In this document: in pieces, positions 38,799 through 46,097 of the stretch | How the letters are laid out: every line of letters starts with the position of its first letter | Numbering within the stretch: the stretch's first letter is position 1 | Translations under genes and position numbers: made by a program | Notes under the pieces: generated by a model | Databases searched by the model: none | What the model was told of the DNA's origin: nothing | Seen by the model: the letters and a program-made list of their open reading frames with translations, nothing else | Assembly: GCA_947628895.1 (NCBI GenBank) | Contig: CANRBS010000005.1 | Span: forward strand, 1 to 46,097 | Reading direction: 5' to 3' | Length of the DNA stretch: 46,097 bases | Source of the DNA: an uncultured Bacilli bacterium | Lineage (GTDB): Bacteria; Bacillota_I; Bacilli_A; RF39; UBA660

Positions 38799-39659
38799 AT
38801 GATGAATGAAAATAAAACAAATATTAATTATTATCCAGGCCACATGTATAAAACTAGAAAAGATATTAAAAATATTATTTCTAATATTGATATAGTAATA
38901 GAAGTAATAGATTCAAGAATACCATTTTCATCTAGAATACCTGATTTAAAAAATATAATTAATGGTAAAAAAAGTATTATTGTATTTAATAAATATGATT
39001 TATGTGATGAAAGTATTACTAATAAATGGATAGAAAAATATAAAAATGAAGGAAGTATTGTAATTACTAGTGATGCTAAAAATTCAAATGACTATAAAAA
39101 AGTTATTGAAGAGGTTAAATCATTAATGATAGAAATAAATGAGAAAAGACATCTAAAAGGACTACTTCCTAAAAAAGCAAAATGTTTGATAATAGGAGTT
39201 CCAAATGTTGGAAAAAGTACTTTAATTAATAAACTTATTGGTAAAAGTATATTAGGTGTTGGAAATAAACCAGGTGTTACTAAAAAATTAAATATTGTTA
39301 AAATAAATGAATATATGGATTTAGTAGATACTCCAGGAATATTATGGCCTAAATTTGAAAATAATGAAGTTGCATTAAATCTTGCAAGTATGACAATTAT
39401 TAAAGAAGAAGTATTAACAGTAGAACAAATAGCAATTCATATTTTAAAGAAATTAAGTGATTATTATCCATCAATATTAAGTAAAGAATTTGGAATAGAA
39501 AAGTATAATGATGAAGAAGTAGAAGAGTGTTTTACAAAAATTTCTAAATATAAAAATATAATAGTTAAAGGTGAAGTTGACTATGAAAGAGTAAGTACTT
39601 TAATACTAAATTCTATAAAACAAGAGAAGGTAAAAAAGATTACATTTGATAGAATTTAA
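38799..39659 (+). CDS. rbgA: ribosome biogenesis GTPase RbgA (YlqF)
   Basis: YPGHM, DSRIP, NKYD, GVPNVGKS, PGVT, DTPGILWP. Confidence 0.96.
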   Translation: MMNENKTNINYYPGHMYKTRKDIKNIISNIDIVIEVIDSRIPFSSRIPDLKNIINGKKSIIVFNKYDLCDESITNKWIEKYKNEGSIVITSDAKNSNDYKKVIEEVKSLMIEINEKRHLKGLLPKKAKCLIIGVPNVGKSTLINKLIGKSILGVGNKPGVTKKLNIVKINEYMDLVDTPGILWPKFENNEVALNLASMTIIKEEVLTVEQIAIHILKKLSDYYPSILSKEFGIEKYNDEEVEECFTKISKYKNIIVKGEVDYERVSTLILNSIKQEKVKKITFDRI

Positions 39660-39753
39660 AATGTAATTTTTTTTTGTAAAAATTTTGTGTTTTTTGTTTA
39701 CATTTTTTTAAATAACTTTTATAATAATAACTCATGAAGAGGAGGAGTAAGAC

Positions 39754-42072
39754 ATGATTAAAAGTAATTTACCTGTTATACTACTAAAGAATCTAGTACT
39801 CCTTCCATATCAAGAAGTAAGGATAGAACTTAAGAGTAATATAAGTAAGAAAGTTACTGAAATATCAAGTCTATATCATGATAGTGAAGTTTTAGTTGTA
39901 TGTCCTCTTGATAATCTTGAAGAAAATCCTGATACAAGTGATTTACCAAGAATAGGTGTAGTAAGTAAAATAAAAAGTGTAATTGATCTTCCTAATGGTA
40001 ATAAAAGAATTATTGTATCTGGTTTATATAGAGTTAAAGTAATTAGTTATGTAAATTATTCAAATGAAGAAGAAATACTTGATAGTATTATTACAAATAT
40101 AGAAAATAAAGATAGTGAAATTGAAACTACTGCATATACTAGAAAATTAATGAGTGAGCTTGAAAACTATGTTAATAAAAATCCATTTGTAACAAACTCA
40201 ATAATGGCAGAAGTTAAATCAAATATTTCACTTGATAAATTAACAGATTTAGTAGGAAGTTTTTTATCACTTACATTTGAAAAAAAACTTTCATTAATGC
40301 TTGATAGTTCACCAATTAGTAGAAGTAAAACTTTAATAAAAGAACTTGCTATTGAAAGTGCTGTAATAGATCTTGAAGGACATATTGAAACTGAAATTAA
40401 AAAAGGTCTTGATGATGAGCAAAAACAATACATATTAAAAGAAAAATTAAAAGTTATAAAAGATGAACTTGGTGAGAATTTAACAAGAGATGAAGAAGTT
40501 ATTAATTTAAGAGATAGAGTTAATAATGGAAAATTCCCAGAAAGAATTAAAAATAAATTATTAAGTGAAATTGATAGATATGATTCTTCTAGTGAAATGA
40601 GTCCTGAGACAGGAATTATTAGAAACTATATAGAATATTTACTTGAAATACCATGGTACAGAGAAACTAAAGATGAAAAAGATTTATCAAAAATAGAAAA
40701 GAAATTAAACTCATCTCACTATGGTATGATTGAAGCTAAAAATAGAATTATAGAATATACTGCTGTTAAAAGTATAGAATCAAATATAAATAGTCCAATT
40801 ATATGCTTAGTTGGTCCTCCTGGAGTTGGAAAGACTACATTTGCAGAATCAATTTCTAAAGCATTAAATAAAAAATTTGTAAAAATATCTTTAGGTGGTA
40901 TGAGTGATTCAGCAGAACTTGTAGGTCATAGAAGAGCATATATTGGATCAAACCCAGGTAAAATAATTACATCATTAATTAAATGTGGTAGTAATAACCC
41001 AGTATTTTTACTTGATGAAGTTGATAAATTAAAAAAAGATTATAAGGGAGATCCTGCATCTACATTACTTGATATATTAGATGTAAGTCAAAATAAAAGA
41101 TTTACAGATAATTATGTAGATGAAGAAGTTGATTTAAGTAAAGTATTATTTATATTAACTGCAAATGATATATCTTCAATTCCACTAGCACTTTTAGATA
41201 GACTTGAAATAATTAATTTAGAAGGATATTCTGATAATGAAAAATTATATATTTGTGAAAATTATTTAATACCAAATATATTAAAACGGCATGGCCTTAA
41301 AAATAATTCAATTAAGTTTGATAGTACTACTATTAAAAAAATAATAGAAGAATATACAAGTGAAGCAGGAGTAAGAGAACTAGAAAGATGTATAAGTAAA
41401 ATAATAAGAAAAGTAATTACTGAATATATAAAATCATCTAAAAAAGTAATAAACATAAGAATTACTGAAAGTGATTTAGAACATTATTTAGAAAAAGAAT
41501 TGTTTTTAAATGTAACAAAAAGAAAAATTACACATACTGGAGTAGTAAGATGTATTGCTTGTAACCATTTAGGTGGACAAACACTTGATATTGAGGCCTC
41601 TTTCTATAAAGGTAGTGGTAAATATACTTTTACTGGTTCACTTGGAGCCGTAGTAAAAGAAAGTATTGAAGTATCTCTAAGTTATATTAAAAGTAATGCT
41701 AAAAAATTTAATATTGATGAAAATTTCTTTAAAGAAAATGATATTCATATTCATTTTACAGAATCTAGTATATCAAAAGATGGTCCATCTGCTGGGTGTG
41801 CAATTATAACAGCTATACTTTCATTAATAAAAAATAAAGTAATAAGTGAAAATATATCAATGACAGGTGAAGTATCTCTAAAAGGTGATATATTAAAAGT
41901 AGGTGGTTTAAAAGAAAAAATAACTGCTGCTAAGAGAAATAAAATAAATACAATATATATTCCAGAAGATAATAAAAGTGATATTGAATGGATGAGTAAA
42001 GATTTAAAAAATAGTATAAATATAATATTAGTATCAAATTATGAAGATATATATAATGATTTATTTAAATAA
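39754..42072 (+). CDS. lon: ATP-dependent protease Lon
   Basis: GPPGVGKT, LLDEVDK, EAGVRELER, KDGPSAG, GGLKEK. Confidence 0.96.
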   Translation: MIKSNLPVILLKNLVLLPYQEVRIELKSNISKKVTEISSLYHDSEVLVVCPLDNLEENPDTSDLPRIGVVSKIKSVIDLPNGNKRIIVSGLYRVKVISYVNYSNEEEILDSIITNIENKDSEIETTAYTRKLMSELENYVNKNPFVTNSIMAEVKSNISLDKLTDLVGSFLSLTFEKKLSLMLDSSPISRSKTLIKELAIESAVIDLEGHIETEIKKGLDDEQKQYILKEKLKVIKDELGENLTRDEEVINLRDRVNNGKFPERIKNKLLSEIDRYDSSSEMSPETGIIRNYIEYLLEIPWYRETKDEKDLSKIEKKLNSSHYGMIEAKNRIIEYTAVKSIESNINSPIICLVGPPGVGKTTFAESISKALNKKFVKISLGGMSDSAELVGHRRAYIGSNPGKIITSLIKCGSNNPVFLLDEVDKLKKDYKGDPASTLLDILDVSQNKRFTDNYVDEEVDLSKVLFILTANDISSIPLALLDRLEIINLEGYSDNEKLYICENYLIPNILKRHGLKNNSIKFDSTTIKKIIEEYTSEAGVRELERCISKIIRKVITEYIKSSKKVINIRITESDLEHYLEKELFLNVTKRKITHTGVVRCIACNHLGGQTLDIEASFYKGSGKYTFTGSLGAVVKESIEVSLSYIKSNAKKFNIDENFFKENDIHIHFTESSISKDGPSAGCAIITAILSLIKNKVISENISMTGEVSLKGDILKVGGLKEKITAAKRNKINTIYIPEDNKSDIEWMSKDLKNSINIILVSNYEDIYNDLFK

Positions 42073-42141
42073 AAAATATTCTTTTGAAGTAATATTCATA
42101 AAGAATATTTTTTTTCATATATATTAATGAAAGGAGAGGTT

Positions 42142-42909
42142 ATGAAAGAAATTATCCCATTAAAAAAAGATATTATTTTTAAGACTAAAATTGGTGAAAT
42201 AACAAGTATTGATTTAGAACATGAATATGCCGTAAAAGATGAAATAATTGAAGGTACCGTAGTAATATCTGGAACTTATAAAATGACTGAGGCTAGTGTG
42301 TTAGATGAAGAATTCTATTATAAAATTCCTTTTTCTATAGCAGTTTCAAGAAAAATAAAAAAAGATACAATTAAAATAGAAATTGATAATTTTACTTATG
42401 ATATTTCAAAAGATGTATTAAGAGCAAATATAGATTTAGAATTAACTTGTGAAGAAGATAAGGAGGAAGATAATGTGATTGAAGATATTAAAGATAAAAG
42501 TGATTATTCAAGTGATGATTTTATGCAACAATATTTTAAAGAAGAAGAAAATATTGAAAATGAATTAGATAATGAAATTAATACAAATATAAATGATAGT
42601 TTTAATGATATAGATTTAAGTACAAATACATTAGAAGATAATGATTTAACACTAAATTTAGATAATAAAACTACAGTAAATAATGAAACTACAGATATTG
42701 ATTTAAATGAAAATATAAATAATATAACAAATATAATAAATAATGAAAATAAATATTATACATATAAAGTTTATATTGTAAGAACTGGAGATACAATTGA
42801 ATCAATATGCTCTAAATATAATGTAACTATAAATGATTTAAAAGATTACAATAATTTAAATGAAATTAATGTTGGAGATAAGATAATTATTCCACAAATA
42901 AATGAGTAA
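42142..42909 (+). CDS. SpoVID-like protein with C-terminal LysM domain
   Basis: N-terminal SpoVID-like beta region, acidic/Asn linker, YIVRTGDTIESICSKYNV LysM; followed by a ysxE-like gene. Confidence 0.7.
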   Translation: MKEIIPLKKDIIFKTKIGEITSIDLEHEYAVKDEIIEGTVVISGTYKMTEASVLDEEFYYKIPFSIAVSRKIKKDTIKIEIDNFTYDISKDVLRANIDLELTCEEDKEEDNVIEDIKDKSDYSSDDFMQQYFKEEENIENELDNEINTNINDSFNDIDLSTNTLEDNDLTLNLDNKTTVNNETTDIDLNENINNITNIINNENKYYTYKVYIVRTGDTIESICSKYNVTINDLKDYNNLNEINVGDKIIIPQINE

Positions 42910-43720
42910 AAAATATAAAAATAATGTAATAATTAAAGATAATGAAGTTATAAAAAAAAGAAGCGATAAAGTACTTGAATTATATGATTATTTAGAAACA
43001 AGAGGATTTGATAATTTTCCAAAAATAGAATCCAGTGATGAAGATACAATTAAAACAGAATACATTGAAAGTAAAAAATATCATGAAGTAATAAAAGGAG
43101 TAGAATTTATTAAAACTGTATCAATGTTACATTATAAAACTATATTTTATAAAGATGTGAGTAAAAATAAATATAGAAAAATATATAATAAATTAAATAA
43201 TAATATTGAATACTTAAAAAATTATTATGAGAATATGATAAGTAAAATAGAAGAAGAAATATTTATGTCTCCATCACATTATTTATTTGCAAGAAATTAT
43301 ACAGCAATTGATAGTTCACTTAAATATGCTAGTAGTACATTAAAAAAATGGTTTAAAACCGTTGAAAATAAATCTAAAGAAAGAGTTTGCATTGTTCATA
43401 ATAATTTATCACTTGATCATTTTATAAGAGGGGATAAAAATTATCTTATTAGTTTTGATAATTATTTGGTTGATACTCCTGTACTTGATTTATATAAATT
43501 TTATAAAAAAGAAGGATTTAAATTAGATTTTAATTACTTATTAAATGTTTATAATGAAAATTTAAGTCTTTTAGAAGAAGAAAAAATGATGTTAAACATT
43601 TTGATTTCAATACCTCCTAAAATTATTGATGTTGAAAATGAATACATGAATTGCATTAATATTAAAAATGCTTTTAATTATATTTATTCAGGAATGAATA
43701 TTGTAAGTGAAAATATATAA
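42902..43720 (+). CDS. YsxE/CotS-like spore coat kinase-fold protein
   Basis: YL..RGF..F, LH.KT, MSPS.Y, CIVHNNLSLDHF, LISFD; synteny with the spoVID-like gene. Confidence 0.7.
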   Translation: MSKKYKNNVIIKDNEVIKKRSDKVLELYDYLETRGFDNFPKIESSDEDTIKTEYIESKKYHEVIKGVEFIKTVSMLHYKTIFYKDVSKNKYRKIYNKLNNNIEYLKNYYENMISKIEEEIFMSPSHYLFARNYTAIDSSLKYASSTLKKWFKTVENKSKERVCIVHNNLSLDHFIRGDKNYLISFDNYLVDTPVLDLYKFYKKEGFKLDFNYLLNVYNENLSLLEEEKMMLNILISIPPKIIDVENEYMNCINIKNAFNYIYSGMNIVSENI

Positions 43721-43797
43721 TAAAAAATCTACTTAAATAATAGTAGATTTTTGTTTTGTTTTGTTATATAATGTATAAAGAATAGGATAAGAAGATT

Positions 43798-44967
43798 ATG
43801 AAAAATAAAAATAAGAATGGTTTTGTATCTATGACACTAGTATATACATTTCTAATTGTATTTTTATTTTTGATGCTTGCTATTTTAAATACATATTCTG
43901 AAAAAAATAAATTTTTAGAAGCAATAGATGAAAAAATAAATAGTGATATATCATCTTCTAAAGAAACTAAAAATACTTTATTAAATAAATTATTATTAGA
44001 TAATTCTCCTGTTTTAGATACAGATATAAAGTTTCATAAAATAAGTAATTTACATGTTGCTAATGGAAATGGACTTTTTTATACAGAAGATATTACTAAA
44101 ACTGATTTAAATTTAGACGGAATGAGTGGCAGAATGTATTATTTTAGAGGAGAAGTTGAAAACAATTATATAGTTTTAGGAAATAGTTGTTTTAGAATAA
44201 TGAGAAGTAATGAAGATGGAAGTTTTAGGTTGCGTTATGGTGGAAAATATACTGGTGGAGAATGTCCTAAAACAGGAGTACCTGTAAGTATTGCAACTAG
44301 TGCATATAATACAGATGATACTAATCCTGAAAGTGTTGGATATATGTATGGAGATTTATCTTTAGGTGTTTTAACTCCAAGAAGTAATTTAAAAGATATT
44401 TTAGATAATTGGTATTCTGAAAATATAAATGGAACAGAGCAGTCAGTATATGTTGTAGATACTGTATTTTGTAATAATAGAAAAATTGTTGAAGGAGAAA
44501 ATGATATAGTATATTATAATGCATCTAGATTAGTACCTACTATAATAGATCCATTAGTTCAAAACCCTTATATTGATAATTTAGAAATAAAAGATTTAAC
44601 ATTTAAATGTGATAATAAAGAAGATAGATTTACTTTATCAACATATTCATATGGTAATGACACAACAGGTAATATGCTATTAAATTATCCAGTAGGATTA
44701 GTTACTATTGAAGATCTTATTTATGCTGGTGGATTATATGAGGAAGTAAATGATAGATTTTATATGAATACAGGATCTTCATATTGGACTATGAGTCCAT
44801 ATGGATTTGATACATATGCTACTAATGTATATTTAAAAGATGATGGAACAATTAGTCATACTAGATTGAGTGAAGTATTAGATGTAGTTCCTGTTATATC
44901 AATAAACTCAAATGTAATTATAAAGTCAGGTAATGGAGAATATAATAAGCCATATATAATAATGTAA
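43798..44967 (+). CDS. minor pilin-like (no Glu5) protein with large C-terminal domain
   Basis: KNG|FVSMTLVY + TM; YYFRG.V.NNY, FRIMR.N.DG, PVGLVT, YWTMSP, VVPVISI, G.G....PY. Confidence 0.7.
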   Translation: MKNKNKNGFVSMTLVYTFLIVFLFLMLAILNTYSEKNKFLEAIDEKINSDISSSKETKNTLLNKLLLDNSPVLDTDIKFHKISNLHVANGNGLFYTEDITKTDLNLDGMSGRMYYFRGEVENNYIVLGNSCFRIMRSNEDGSFRLRYGGKYTGGECPKTGVPVSIATSAYNTDDTNPESVGYMYGDLSLGVLTPRSNLKDILDNWYSENINGTEQSVYVVDTVFCNNRKIVEGENDIVYYNASRLVPTIIDPLVQNPYIDNLEIKDLTFKCDNKEDRFTLSTYSYGNDTTGNMLLNYPVGLVTIEDLIYAGGLYEEVNDRFYMNTGSSYWTMSPYGFDTYATNVYLKDDGTISHTRLSEVLDVVPVISINSNVIIKSGNGEYNKPYIIM

Positions 44968-44979
44968 GGAGGTTTTTTT

Positions 44980-45516
44980 ATGAAAAAAAATGGTTTTGTA
45001 TTTATTGAAAGTGTTATAGTGTTAATGGTTGTAGCATTAGCTTTAACTATGCTTATTTCTAGTTATTCTTTGATTTCTAGAAAAACTAATGAAAAAGAAT
45101 ATTATGATAGAGCATCAGATAAATATTTATTATATTCACTTAGTAATATAGGTGTTACTGATGAATGTAATTATAGTAAATCAGGTAGTTGTGGATTTGC
45201 TGGAATAAATTTTCAAGCTAATGAAGATAATTGTGATGGTACAAGACTTGGTTATTTATTAAATAATTGTTCTTCAACATTTAAAGATATGGATATAAGA
45301 TATATATATGTAGTAGATAATATAAAGACTGAACTTAATAATGGATCAGCTGTTAATAAATATGATAATGGAACCATTGAATATATGAAAAGTTTAAAAA
45401 AGTGTAATGATAAAAATGATTCTAGTAATAGTTCTACTTGTAGTGATCCAATTCCTTATATGATTGGAGTATTTTATAGGAGTGGAAATTATTACTATGC
45501 TTCAATAGAATTGTAG
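44980..45516 (+). CDS. type IV prepilin-like protein
   Basis: MKKNG|FVFIESVIVL + TM; six Cys. Confidence 0.8.
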   Translation: MKKNGFVFIESVIVLMVVALALTMLISSYSLISRKTNEKEYYDRASDKYLLYSLSNIGVTDECNYSKSGSCGFAGINFQANEDNCDGTRLGYLLNNCSSTFKDMDIRYIYVVDNIKTELNNGSAVNKYDNGTIEYMKSLKKCNDKNDSSNSSTCSDPIPYMIGVFYRSGNYYYASIEL

Positions 45517-45525
45517 GTGTATATT

Positions 45526-46097
45526 ATGAAAAATAAAAAAGGATTTACATTAATAGAAGTAATAGTAAGTATAATATTAGTAAGTGTAATATTAGTATCA
45601 CTTTTGACTACATTAGTAAAATTAAGAGAGACATATAGTGAAATACATGAAAATAGTGATGTACTAGTATATGGTTCATCAGTATCAAGAGTAATAAATA
45701 ATGATTTAATAAAGAATAATGGAATAAGATACATGACATGTAGTAGTACAGGAGAAGAATGCGACTTAATATTAGGAAATGATACATTAAGAAAATTAGA
45801 AATAATACCAGTAAATGATGATGAAACAAAAGATAATGTAATACATGAAGATGTAAAAACAACATTAAAATATACAGATACAACAAATGAAGAAAATCCA
45901 AAATTAATATATATGAAGACATTAAGATTGGATAGATATACAAATGAAAAGACAAAAGAAATAACAACAGATGGATATAACTTTTTAACAATGAAAACAA
46001 ATTTGTATGAATATCCAAATGGAAAAGATGAAACAACAGATATTTTATCAAAAATAAATATAGAGATATATAATGGAAAAGATACAAATGATAAAGG
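45526..46097 (+). CDS. type IV prepilin-like protein (truncated by window end)
   Basis: MKNKKG|FTLIEVIVSIILVSVILVSLL; frame open to the end of the window; absent from the ORF track. Confidence 0.85.
   Translation, partial: MKNKKGFTLIEVIVSIILVSVILVSLLTTLVKLRETYSEIHENSDVLVYGSSVSRVINNDLIKNNGIRYMTCSSTGEECDLILGNDTLRKLEIIPVNDDETKDNVIHEDVKTTLKYTDTTNEENPKLIYMKTLRLDRYTNEKTKEITTDGYNFLTMKTNLYEYPNGKDETTDILSKINIEIYNGKDTNDK

Noticed and set aside
42560-42750. Asn/Asp/Ile-rich quasi-repeats in the LysM protein
   Set aside because: Low-complexity linker typical of AT-rich genomes; no discrete repeat unit
1-46097. DGR reverse transcriptase, Avd or template repeat inside the window
   Set aside because: No RT-like ORF, and no AAY-rich non-coding copy of the VR scaffold in any intergenic region I could read
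1-46097. CRISPR array, tRNA, rRNA or transposase
   Set aside because: No regularly spaced repeats, cloverleaf/rRNA signatures or transposase motifs seen

Overview
Very AT-rich chromosomal segment in the standard genetic code, from a low-GC Bacillota. Gene content suggests an uncultured RF39-like Bacilli lineage (inference). The housekeeping backbone is nusB-xseAB-spoIVB, rpsO-pnp, comEA-comEC, xerC-tdk-tdk, secDF-rel-dtd, polA, tmcAL, rpmF, T-box-aspS, rbgA, lon and spoVID/ysxE-like genes. It is interspersed with eight type IV prepilin-like genes. Two things stand out. (1) Three dispersed ~570-580 aa paralogs fuse a type IV pilin domain to a C-terminal CLec/FGE-like domain. Their last 52 codons look like variable repeats of a diversity-generating retroelement (DGR): gap-free, hypervariable, with an abrupt switch to pyrimidine-ending codons. 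No reverse transcriptase or template repeat is present in the window. Two copies carry an identical promoter with a (TA)8 tract in the -35/-10 spacer. (2) An accessory array between aspS and rbgA (GNATs, two RhuM genes, a HEPN-like gene) contains repeated dead copies of the rbgA 5' end. Each breaks at the same codon into a conserved motif, suggesting serial site-specific cassette integration at rbgA. Smaller observations: L32 with an L27/Prp-like leader, Rel with a degenerate hydrolase, a thioester-domain adhesin, and two candidate ncRNAs.
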